Position numbers and translations under genes: made by a program. Source: Candidatus Latescibacterota bacterium (lineage in GTDB: Bacteria; Latescibacterota; UBA2968; UBA8231). From it: a stretch of 64,000 nt of DNA. Shown piece by piece: positions 45,880 through 54,575 of this stretch. Numbering within the stretch: the stretch's first letter is position 1; each line of letters opens with the position of its first letter. Location: assembly GCA_965221775.1 (NCBI GenBank), contig CBDCSU010000005.1:704001-768000 (forward strand). The letters run 5' to 3'. A model generated the notes under the pieces. That model ran no database searches. It was not told the DNA's origin and saw nothing but the letters and a program-made list of their open reading frames with translations.

Positions 45880-47451
45880 ATGACCGACTCCAGCCGTTAC
45901 ACCGCCGACCAGCCGGCCGACAACCGGGTCCTGCACGCGGCCCGGGAGCTGCGCTACCGCATGCTCGCCGACCCGCACCGGCCCGGGTACCACTTCACCA
46001 TCCCCGAGGACAACGGCCACCCGGGGGACCCGAACGGCGCCTTCTGGGCCAACGGCCGCTACCACCTGATGTACCTCTACAACCACGCCGATCTCGGCTT
46101 CGTCTGGGGCCACGTCTCCAGCGCCGACCTGCTGCACTGGCGCCACCACCCGTACGCCATCGGTCCCGGCGAGGGCGACGTGGGCTGCTTCAGCGGCGGC
46201 GCCTTCGTCGACGGCGACGGCCGCGCCGTGCTCTCCTACTGGGGGCTCTGGGAAGAGCGCGGCATCTGCCTCGCCTTCTCCGAAGACGAGCACTACGACA
46301 TCTGGACCAAGAGCGCCGCCAACCCGGTGATCCGCTCCACCGGCCGCGGCTTCACCGAGACCGTGGACGACCGCGGCCAGCCGCTGGTGTACGGCTCCTC
46401 CGACCCCTCGCAGATCTGGAGGAAGGGCGGCCGCTACTACCTGCTCACCGGCAACCTGCAGGTCCTCGACAAGCTCGGCCGCGCCGACGACTCCCCGCCG
46501 GAGCAGCAGGGGGACCGTCTCTACCTGTTCGTCTCCGACGACCTGGAGCGCTGGGACTACCTGCACCCCTTTTACGAGTCCCACCGGGATTGGACGGACC
46601 GCAGCGAGGACAACATGTGCCCCAGCTTCCTGCCCCTGCCGTCGTGCGAGAGCGGCGGCGAGCCGAGCGGCCGGCACCTGCTGCTGTTCATCTCCCACAA
46701 CAAGGGATGCCAGTACTACATCGGCACCTACGACACCGCCGGCGACCGCTTCCGGCCGGAGCGCCACGGCCGCATGAGCTGGTGCGACAACGCCTACTTC
46801 GCCCCGGAAGCCCTCATCGACGGGCAGGGCCGGCAGATCATGTGGGCCTGGATCTTCGACGACCGTCCCGAGGAGGTGTGGCGGCCCAGCGGCTGGAACG
46901 GCATGTACGGGCTGCCGCGCTCCCTGTGGCTCGGCGACGACGGCGGCCTGCGCATGGCCCCGGTGGAGGAGCTGGCCCTGCTGCGCCAGGGACACCGCTC
47001 CAGGGGCGCTTTCACCGTCCCCGCCGGCGGAGAGGTCGAGCTGGAGGACTTCGGCCGCGAGCTGATGGAGCTGGAGATCACCATCGATCCGGGATCGGCC
47101 CGGCGCTGCGGCGTCCGCGTCTGCTGCTCGGAGGACGGCCGCGAGCAGACCACCCTGCTCTACGACGCGGAAGCCGGGGAGCTTCAGTGCGACACCACCC
47201 GCAGCAGTCTCGGCTTCGGCCGCAAGGTGGTGGAGGCCGGCCCCCTGGAGCTGGCGCCGGGAGAGCCCCTGCGCCTGCGGGTCTTCGTGGACCGCTCCAT
47301 CGTCGAGGTCTACGCCAACGAGCGCCAGGCCCTGGCCCGCGCCGTGTACCCCACTCTCGGGGGCCGCAGCGTGCGCGTCATCGCCGAGGAAGGCGAGGCC
47401 CGCGCGACCAGCGTCAACGCCTGGGAGTTGATGCCCTCCAACCCCTGTTAG
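45880..47451 (+). CDS. Glycoside hydrolase family 32-like protein (non-canonical motifs)
   Basis: RPGYHF, GDPNG, WGH.SS.DLLHW, FSG, SDP, MCP, LPRSL, FVDRSIVEVYAN. Confidence 0.85.
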   Translation: MTDSSRYTADQPADNRVLHAARELRYRMLADPHRPGYHFTIPEDNGHPGDPNGAFWANGRYHLMYLYNHADLGFVWGHVSSADLLHWRHHPYAIGPGEGDVGCFSGGAFVDGDGRAVLSYWGLWEERGICLAFSEDEHYDIWTKSAANPVIRSTGRGFTETVDDRGQPLVYGSSDPSQIWRKGGRYYLLTGNLQVLDKLGRADDSPPEQQGDRLYLFVSDDLERWDYLHPFYESHRDWTDRSEDNMCPSFLPLPSCESGGEPSGRHLLLFISHNKGCQYYIGTYDTAGDRFRPERHGRMSWCDNAYFAPEALIDGQGRQIMWAWIFDDRPEEVWRPSGWNGMYGLPRSLWLGDDGGLRMAPVEELALLRQGHRSRGAFTVPAGGEVELEDFGRELMELEITIDPGSARRCGVRVCCSEDGREQTTLLYDAEAGELQCDTTRSSLGFGRKVVEAGPLELAPGEPLRLRVFVDRSIVEVYANERQALARAVYPTLGGRSVRVIAEEGEARATSVNAWELMPSNPC

Positions 47452-47494
47452 CAACACTCATCCCTCAACCCCTCTGCAAGGAGAGCCATTCGCC

Positions 47495-47977
47495 ATGAGC
47501 TTTCGCAAAGCGGCCGCATGCGCGGCCGCCATCTGCCTGTCCACCGTCGCCGTGCTCGAATCGCAGCCGCCGGGTGGTCCCGGATTCCCGGGCGGCGGCA
47601 TGATGCAGACGCTCTCGAAGGCGGCGGCCGCATCCCCGGACCAGGTCTTCGCCATGTTGGCCTTCGACGAGAAGTTCAACGTGACCGACGAACAACTGCC
47701 GGGGCTGCGCGAGGCCCTGCGGCCGCTGTATGGCGAGCAGCGCCAGTCGATGGCGCAACTCGCCCTCGGCGGCGGCGCCGGCAACCCTCAGGCCATGATC
47801 CAGGCCCTGGTGCAGCAGCAGAACAAGATGCGCGACAAGGTCCTGGCCGCGGTCGCCGAAACCTTGACCGCCGACCAGATGACCGCCCTGAAGGCGGCGC
47901 TGAATAAGCCGCCGCTCCCGCCCGGGATGGGCCAAGGGGGTGCAGGGCCGCGCGGGGAGCCCCCGCGGGGCTACTAG
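47495..47977 (+). CDS. Secreted Spy/CpxP-like helical protein
   Basis: Signal peptide; VTDEQ and LTADQ (LTxxQ) motifs; Gly/Pro-rich ends. Confidence 0.55.
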   Translation: MSFRKAAACAAAICLSTVAVLESQPPGGPGFPGGGMMQTLSKAAAASPDQVFAMLAFDEKFNVTDEQLPGLREALRPLYGEQRQSMAQLALGGGAGNPQAMIQALVQQQNKMRDKVLAAVAETLTADQMTALKAALNKPPLPPGMGQGGAGPRGEPPRGY

Positions 47978-48182
47978 ATTTGGCGCCCAGCTGCTCCAGG
48001 ATGGGCCCGCGCAAGGGACCGGCGTCAGGGAGATGGCCTGCGCCGGAGGGCCGCGGTCGGCGGCCGGTCCCCTGCCGGGCCCGTTCGCTGGACCGCCCCC
48101 ACCTTCGGGGGGCGTGCGCGTGACTGCAGGGGAGGCGAGGCCCGGCTCCCCAACCCGTGGCGGGGCCCGGCGGTCTGCGGAC

Positions 48183-49067
48183 CTACCGCCAGTGCGGCGG
48201 CACGATGGGAGCGTCGAACCCGAGCTTCTCGGCCACCCAGCTCTCCTCGTACAGGCCGTCCTTGTAGCCGGAGCGCTCAGAGGCGTGGACCGTGGTCTCG
48301 CCGCGGATGGCCCCGGTGAGCGGACGGATCGCTTCCGGCGCCAGGATCGAGCCTTCCGGACCCGCCATGATGAGTGTGGTCGCCCCTACCTTGGGGGCGA
48401 AGGCCCGCAGGTCGAAGTGGGACAGCGTCGCCGCCACTGAACTCCGCGCTGACGGATTGCTCCTCAGAAGGTCGTTGTACTCTTCCAGAGGGTAGGCCCG
48501 GCTGCGTTGGGCGAGACCGAGGGGATCGTAGAACAGCTCGGGGGTGCACACCAGGTGAGTGGCCAGCGGCCGCAGCGCCAGGCTCTGCATGGCCACATCG
48601 TTGCCGATGGCCACAACCCGCGTCCTGTCGATGCACTCGAGGGAGTTCAGGAACTCCAGGCCGCGCACCGCGTCGGCGGCGATCCCCCGGAAGATGTAGC
48701 TGCCCGGCGATTCGATCCCCTCGGTGAGCAGGCCGGGGAACATCGCCGCGAAGGGCTTGTCCGAGTTGCGCTGGCCCCTGCCGGCCAGGGAGAAGGTCAC
48801 GAACCGGCTGCGGATGGCAGCCGCCGATCCCTGGGGGATCATCTGATGCACGCTCATGTACTTCGGCGGCCAGTAGAGCGCCGGAAACGGCCCGTCTCCC
48901 TTCGGGACGTTCAGGTATCCGAACAACCGGTACGGCCCGATGCTGGTGAGGCGGATGCCGCTCATGGTGGCGAATTCCGTCTCCCGCAGCGGGATCGCCT
49001 CGACCTCGGGCTCCGCCGGCACGGAGTCCAGCTCCGCGAGAACGTCGTCCCAGTATGCGTCAGGCAT
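48183..49067 (-). CDS. Acetylxylan esterase (AXE1/CE7) paralogue lacking the GxSxG nucleophile
   Basis: PGLLTEGIESP.SY.FRG...DAVRG.EFL like its neighbour, but IGNDVA in place of GSSQGG. Confidence 0.75.
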   Translation of the reverse strand: MPDAYWDDVLAELDSVPAEPEVEAIPLRETEFATMSGIRLTSIGPYRLFGYLNVPKGDGPFPALYWPPKYMSVHQMIPQGSAAAIRSRFVTFSLAGRGQRNSDKPFAAMFPGLLTEGIESPGSYIFRGIAADAVRGLEFLNSLECIDRTRVVAIGNDVAMQSLALRPLATHLVCTPELFYDPLGLAQRSRAYPLEEYNDLLRSNPSARSSVAATLSHFDLRAFAPKVGATTLIMAGPEGSILAPEAIRPLTGAIRGETTVHASERSGYKDGLYEESWVAEKLGFDAPIVPPHWR

Positions 49068-50001
49068 CCGAGCCCTCCAGACCGAGATGACGGGCGAAGA
49101 ACTCGCCCTCGATCGCCCCGTGTTCGTGACTGCCGGCGTCGTGTCCCGCCCCGTCGTAGGCGTACAGCCGCTTCTCTTCACTCGCGATCTCGCGGAACAG
49201 GGCGTACCCCGTCTCGGGGGGACAGATGTTGTCCTGAAGTCCGATGTTGACGACGATCGGGCAGGTGATCCGGTCCGCGAAGTTGATGCAGTCGAAGTAG
49301 TTCAGCGTCCGCTCCACCCGCTCCCGGCTCGACGGATGCAGCCTGAGGTAGTCGTTGATCTCCTGGTACGGGTAGGTGCCGGTCAGCTCGATGGAGTCCA
49401 TGAACCCGGTCAGGTACGGCGCTCCCGCGGCGGCGGCCCTGACTTCGCCGCGCATGGCGGCGGTGCACAGGGCCAGCCCGCCTCCCTGGCTGCTCCCCCT
49501 CACCCCGATCCTGTCGGAGTCCACCTCGTCCCGGGAGAGCAGGAAGTCGATGCCGCGCCATGTGTCGACGTAGAAGCCCCGGTACGAGTACACGTTGCGG
49601 TCGACGATCCCGTAGGTCAGAAGACCCGGGTACCCGGGGTTGAACTGGGCGTTGGAGCGCAGCTTGCCCCGCGGCGCCACACACAGCGTGGCGTAGCCCC
49701 CTTGCGCCCACCCTTTGGGGATGGCCGGATCGCCCAGGTACCCGGGGCCGATCAGGATCGCCGGCAGCGGCCCTCGCCTCTCCCTCGGCAGACAGTACCA
49801 GGCCGCGACTCTCACGTGGTCGATGCTGTCGTAGAAGACCTGGAAGACCTCCACCTCGTCGTCCGAGCGCAGCGGGTCCGGCTCGACCTCGGGGTTGAGG
49901 TCGACGCGCGCGGCCTGGGCCATCACGTCCGCCCAGAAGGCGTCGAAGTCGTCGGGCTTGCGCGCCTTGCTCTGGTAGTTCTCCTCTACTCTGCAGGCCA
50001 T
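49060..50001 (-). CDS. Acetylxylan esterase/cephalosporin-C deacetylase (AXE1/CE7)
   Basis: KPDDFDAFW, GSSQGGG, GLQDNICPPET, GH. Confidence 0.9.
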   Translation of the reverse strand: MACRVEENYQSKARKPDDFDAFWADVMAQAARVDLNPEVEPDPLRSDDEVEVFQVFYDSIDHVRVAAWYCLPRERRGPLPAILIGPGYLGDPAIPKGWAQGGYATLCVAPRGKLRSNAQFNPGYPGLLTYGIVDRNVYSYRGFYVDTWRGIDFLLSRDEVDSDRIGVRGSSQGGGLALCTAAMRGEVRAAAAGAPYLTGFMDSIELTGTYPYQEINDYLRLHPSSRERVERTLNYFDCINFADRITCPIVVNIGLQDNICPPETGYALFREIASEEKRLYAYDGAGHDAGSHEHGAIEGEFFARHLGLEGSDA

Positions 50002-50555
50002 CACAGCTTCGTCACGGCGTCTCCAACCCGTATCGCGCCCGGGCGGACGACCTTGGCGTTGACGCCGCGAAGCTGAAGCCGTCTGCCCTCGGGAGTGCTG
50101 ATGAACTTGAGGGCCTCCAGCCCAAAGCGGGCGGCGTACTTCTTGCAGCCCGTGTGGGGCGGCTCGGTGATCTGGATCACGGCCTCGCCGATGGACAGGC
50201 GGGTCCCTGGCGGAATGTTGTCCACGCTCAGGTCGAAGTCGACGTAGAGCTGGTCCCCCGCCAGGGGCCAACGCTGCCTGTCCGGCGCCACCAAGGCCAT
50301 CAGGCGCACGCCGGTCAGCGTGATCTGCGTCTCCGGGTGCGCCGATCCATCCGCCGTCCGGGAGCTGCCGCGCTGCTTCCAGTTGTCGCCCACCAGTCCT
50401 TCGGCCGGATCGAGTTCGCCCTCGTCGAGGACCTCCCGCGTCTCCGTTTGCGGCCTGCGCACGATCAGCTCCAGTACACCTTTGGTCTTTGGCGACTGAC
50501 GAATGTCGGCCAGTCCCGCCTGCAGCTCTTCCATGGTCTGTTCCGCCTCGGTCAA
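50001..50555 (-). CDS. MOSC domain protein
   Basis: GLVGD, AGDQLYVD, PHTGC.KY..RFG, RGVNAKV. Confidence 0.88.
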   Translation of the reverse strand: MTEAEQTMEELQAGLADIRQSPKTKGVLELIVRRPQTETREVLDEGELDPAEGLVGDNWKQRGSSRTADGSAHPETQITLTGVRLMALVAPDRQRWPLAGDQLYVDFDLSVDNIPPGTRLSIGEAVIQITEPPHTGCKKYAARFGLEALKFISTPEGRRLQLRGVNAKVVRPGAIRVGDAVTKL

Positions 50556-50583
50556 GGTTCGTCTCCTGAGTGTTCGGCCACTT

Positions 50584-52566
50584 CTACTTGATGTGCACCA
50601 GCGGCCGGCGGTGCCGTTGTCCGCCGACGCTCAGACTCGCCCAGTAGAGCCCCGGGGCCACCGGGTTCCCCCGGTCGTTGCGCGCGTCCCACCCGGCCAG
50701 GTGGCGGCCCACCCCCCGGCCGGCGGCCAGCCGGCGCACCAACTGGCCATCGACCCCGTAGATCCCCAAGGCATACTCCGCCTCCACCGGCAGGAAAAAG
50801 GGGACTCTCGTGAAACTGTTGAACGGATTCGGGTAGTTGGCCCACAGGGCCGGCCGGCCGGGGGCGGTCTGGTCCACCTCCTCCCCGGCGGTGGTGCCGA
50901 CCACCGCGGGCAGGTACCCGGAGAGCACGGCGCCGCTGATGATGTGGGCCTCCCCCGCGTTGTCGCGTTGGTTGTCGGGGCCGTCGCCGGCCATGCCGTT
51001 GGGGATGGCGTCGATCCGTCCGTCGCCGTCCATGTCGCCGCTGGCCCCCCAATAGGCCGAGTAGTCGACCGGGTCGGGCCCCTGGATCCACACGACGGGT
51101 ACCGCGGGATCGGCCAGGTCGATCTCCCGGGGCAGGTCCGGGCCGCCGGCCAGGACCGCGAAACCGCCCGCCCGCCGGCGCTTCAGCGGCCCCTCGTCTC
51201 CGGGCACGCCGACGAAGAGGTCGTCGTAGCCGTCGCCGTGGATGTCGCCGGCCGCCACGGCGTCCCCCGTGATCGCCTTGGGGCGGGCCCCGTAGATGAC
51301 CGTCATGTCCTCCGTCGGCGCGGCCATGTCCAGCCGCTGTCCGCGCCGCCGGGGACCGCCGTACACCACGTACACCTCGCCGGCGTCGGGGCGCATGTTG
51401 CCCGGACCGTCGGCCCGGTACGCGCCGATGAACAGGTCCTGAATCCCATCGCCGTCGATATCGGCCAGGACGATCTCCTCCCCCAGGCGATCGGGCGAGT
51501 CGTCATCGCCGCCGTCGGCGCCGTAGACGATGGTCAGATCGGCGGGCGGGTCCCCTGCCAGGTCGATGGCCGGCGGACGCCGGGGACCGCCGTAGACCAC
51601 GTACATCTCGCCGGCGTTCTTCCGCTGGTTCCGCGGGCCGTCGCCGGCGCCGCCCCTGCGCCGGTAGGCGTTGCGCAGGGTACCGAGAGCCGCCGCGCCA
51701 ATGGCGATGTCGTCGTATCCGTCGCCGTCGAAGTCGCCGGCGGCCACGGTCGAGCCGGCGTGATCCAGGGCATCGATGCCGTAAATGATGGTATGGGGGT
51801 GTTCCGCGGCCGCCAGATCGATGGCGGCGTCCGCATCCAGGGGGCCGTAGAGGACGTAGACCCGTCCCGCCTCGACCTCCCCCCTCATCCCCGAGGCCTG
51901 GTCGGCCCCCACCACCGCATCCCGGTGGCCATCGCCGTCGAAGTCGCCCGCTGTCATCCAGACACCCAGACGGCCGTTGCCCTCGGCGCCGGTGACGACG
52001 CTCACCCCCTCGGGCCAGGGGCGTCGGGCCAGGTCCAGGCGCCTGCCGGCGCCGCGCAGCCGGGCGATGAGCTCGGCCGAGAACAGATAGAGCCTGCCGG
52101 CGTCGGCGCGCTCGGGGGCATCGGCGTAGAAGGCGCCCACCAGAAGGTCCGCCCGTCCGTCGCCCACGAGATCCTCCACATGGGTCTTGATGCCGAAGAG
52201 GTCGCGGCTGGCCTCGCCATGGAGGGTGATCACATCGTCCGGGTCGGCGGCCAGGTCGAGCCCTCCCCCCGATGGCAGGGTGCGGAAGCAGATGGCCACC
52301 TCGCCGGAGTGGTGGCGATCGTTGGCGGGGCCGTCGCCGGCCATGGCCGAGATCACCAGGTCGTCGCGCCCGTCGCCATCGAGGTCTCCGGCGGTGATGG
52401 GGGTCCCGAACTCGGCATCGTTGACGTCGGGGTTGTACACCGTGAACTGCCCCGCCCGGGCGGTATCGGCCAGGTCCCACACATGGACTATCTGGGAGGA
52501 TACCGGCATGGCCGTACAGCACCACAGGGCCCAGGACAGGAGGGCCGCGCGCTTCACGGACCACAC
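50584..52566 (-). CDS. Secreted integrin-alpha-like FG-GAP protein with C-terminal FlgD-Ig/sorting domain
   Basis: GD.DGDG..DL.VGA..AG.VYV.YG repeats; NYPNPFN..WDARND.G..VAPGLY. Confidence 0.85.
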   Translation of the reverse strand: MWSVKRAALLSWALWCCTAMPVSSQIVHVWDLADTARAGQFTVYNPDVNDAEFGTPITAGDLDGDGRDDLVISAMAGDGPANDRHHSGEVAICFRTLPSGGGLDLAADPDDVITLHGEASRDLFGIKTHVEDLVGDGRADLLVGAFYADAPERADAGRLYLFSAELIARLRGAGRRLDLARRPWPEGVSVVTGAEGNGRLGVWMTAGDFDGDGHRDAVVGADQASGMRGEVEAGRVYVLYGPLDADAAIDLAAAEHPHTIIYGIDALDHAGSTVAAGDFDGDGYDDIAIGAAALGTLRNAYRRRGGAGDGPRNQRKNAGEMYVVYGGPRRPPAIDLAGDPPADLTIVYGADGGDDDSPDRLGEEIVLADIDGDGIQDLFIGAYRADGPGNMRPDAGEVYVVYGGPRRRGQRLDMAAPTEDMTVIYGARPKAITGDAVAAGDIHGDGYDDLFVGVPGDEGPLKRRRAGGFAVLAGGPDLPREIDLADPAVPVVWIQGPDPVDYSAYWGASGDMDGDGRIDAIPNGMAGDGPDNQRDNAGEAHIISGAVLSGYLPAVVGTTAGEEVDQTAPGRPALWANYPNPFNSFTRVPFFLPVEAEYALGIYGVDGQLVRRLAAGRGVGRHLAGWDARNDRGNPVAPGLYWASLSVGGQRHRRPLVHIK

Positions 52567-53345
52567 TTCATGTCAACCCTCTCGACCGACTGGAGGAAGT
52601 CGACGTTCGATGCGCTGAAGCCGTACTGCTGCTCCACTTCCCGGATGGAGATCTCCGTCGTGAGCAGGTCGTCGTAGGTATCGGGAAACTCCACGCCTGT
52701 CGTGGCATCGCGGAGCAGCACCATGTTGTAGCCGTACCTCGCCATGGAGCGGATGCCGTAGTCCCTGCCCAGCACGCACCAGTTCGTCGCGAAACCGGCA
52801 TACAACAGATGCAGGATCCGCCTTTCCTCCAGCAGCTCATGCAGCTGCTGTCCCGTGGCGATGACGAACTCCTCGGGCTGCACATCGATGGCGGGGGAGA
52901 CGGAGAGCCGCGGGGCCAGCGCGTCCCAGTGCACGCCGATCCCCGGCGGCTGACTGCGGGGACCTCGGTAGACGGCATGATCGCCCTCCCGGTTGCGGAA
53001 GGCGGCGGGCGGCCACGTGGGCTCGGCCGACGGTTCGGGCGGCTTGTGCCGTTGCAGCTGCCGATACTGCTCCGCCACCGGCGGCGAGGGGGCGTGTACG
53101 ATCGTCAGTCCCGTGCGCCGTGCCGCGTCGAGCACCGGCACGATGCAGTCGGCCGTGATCTGCGCGGCTCGTTCGATCCAGCTCTCGATGAAGTGGACGT
53201 TCCAGACGTCGACGAGGACCAGCGACGTCTCCTCGATGGGCAGCCGCATGTCGAGCTCGCGGCGGATGAAAGCCGTCTCCCGGCACGGCACATCGGCGGG
53301 TGTGCTGTCCTGGAAGTAGCGGACGCGTAGATTCAGACTCTTCAT
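52554..53345 (-). CDS. Isochorismatase-like cysteine hydrolase
   Basis: LVLVDVWN, GFATNWCV, LLRDAT. Confidence 0.8.
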   Translation of the reverse strand: MKSLNLRVRYFQDSTPADVPCRETAFIRRELDMRLPIEETSLVLVDVWNVHFIESWIERAAQITADCIVPVLDAARRTGLTIVHAPSPPVAEQYRQLQRHKPPEPSAEPTWPPAAFRNREGDHAVYRGPRSQPPGIGVHWDALAPRLSVSPAIDVQPEEFVIATGQQLHELLEERRILHLLYAGFATNWCVLGRDYGIRSMARYGYNMVLLRDATTGVEFPDTYDDLLTTEISIREVEQQYGFSASNVDFLQSVERVDMKCGP

Positions 53346-53375
53346 GGCGCCTGAACATAGGCAGATTGGTGAACC

Positions 53376-54566
53376 ATGGCCCATACCCTTGAGTCCGTGA
53401 GTGCCCGCGCCGGGTCGTTGATCCGCTGTCTCGCCCTGCTGGCGTCGGCCGCCTGCGCCTGCCAGGCGCCCTCGGGAACCGGGGACGGGCCGGGCCCGGC
53501 GGTGGTGGAGCCGCTACCGCCGCCCCCACTCGAAGACCAGCGCCTCGCCCGCATCGAGCTGCCCAGGGGATTCCACATCCGCGTCTTCGCCGCGGGGGTG
53601 GACGGCGCCCGTTCCCTGAGCCTGGGAGCGGAGGGCACCCTGTTCGCCGGCACCCGCTCCCACGGCCGGGTGTACGCGCTCCGCGACGAGGACGGCGACC
53701 ACAAGGCGGAGCGGGTCATCACCCTGGCCCGCGGCCTGCGCTCGCCCAACGGGGTCGCCTTCAAGGACGGCGACCTGTACGTGGCCGAGATCAACCGCGT
53801 CCTGCGCTATCCCGACATCGAAGCGAACCTCGACAACCCGCCCCGGCCCGAGGTCGTCAACGACGGGTTCCCCACGGACGGCCATCACGGCTGGAAGTTC
53901 ATCCGCTTCGGACCCGATGGCCTGCTCTACGTACCGGTCGGGGCGCCGTGCAACATCTGCGATTCAGGCGATCCCTACGCGTCCATCGGAAGGTTGGAAT
54001 CAGGTGGAGGCTTCACCATCCTGGCGCGGGGGGTCCGCAATACCGTCGGCTTCGACTGGCACCCGGAAACCGGGGAGATGTGGTTCACCGAGAACGGCAG
54101 GGACTGGCTGGGTGACGACTCTCCTCCCGACGAGCTGAACAGACTGGGCGCCGAAGGAGAGCACTTCGGCTATCCCTACTGCCACGGCAGCGACATCGCC
54201 GATCCCCGCTTCGGCGGCGAGCGCGGCTGCGACGAGTTCGTGGCGCCGGTGCAGAATCTCGGCCCCCACGTAGCGGCCCTGGGAATGCGCTTCTACACCG
54301 GCTCCATGTTCCCGGAGGAATACCGCAATCAGATCTTCATCGCCGAGCACGGATCCTGGAACCGCAGCCGCAAGATCGGCTACCGGCTCACTCTGGTGCG
54401 TCTGGAAGGCGACGAGGCCGTCGGCTACGAGCCTTTCGCCGAAGGCTGGCTCCAGGGGGAATCGAGCTGGGGTCGGCCGGTGGACGTTCTCGTCATGCCC
54501 GACGGTTCTCTGCTGGTCTCGGACGACCAGGCCGGGCTCGTCTACCGTATCAGCTATTCCCCCTGA
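53376..54566 (+). CDS. Glucose/sorbosone dehydrogenase family lipoprotein
   Basis: LPRGF, FGPDG.LYV.VGAPCN, GVRN.VG, HGSWNR, GRPVDV..DGSLLVSDD. Confidence 0.9.
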   Translation: MAHTLESVSARAGSLIRCLALLASAACACQAPSGTGDGPGPAVVEPLPPPPLEDQRLARIELPRGFHIRVFAAGVDGARSLSLGAEGTLFAGTRSHGRVYALRDEDGDHKAERVITLARGLRSPNGVAFKDGDLYVAEINRVLRYPDIEANLDNPPRPEVVNDGFPTDGHHGWKFIRFGPDGLLYVPVGAPCNICDSGDPYASIGRLESGGGFTILARGVRNTVGFDWHPETGEMWFTENGRDWLGDDSPPDELNRLGAEGEHFGYPYCHGSDIADPRFGGERGCDEFVAPVQNLGPHVAALGMRFYTGSMFPEEYRNQIFIAEHGSWNRSRKIGYRLTLVRLEGDEAVGYEPFAEGWLQGESSWGRPVDVLVMPDGSLLVSDDQAGLVYRISYSP

Positions 54567-54575
54567 CAGGCTGCT

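Noticed and set aside
43999-47457. Apparent 1152-aa and 846-aa overlapping ORFs
   Set aside because: Each is a real gene (starts 45654 and 45880) extended through the antisense frame of the other.
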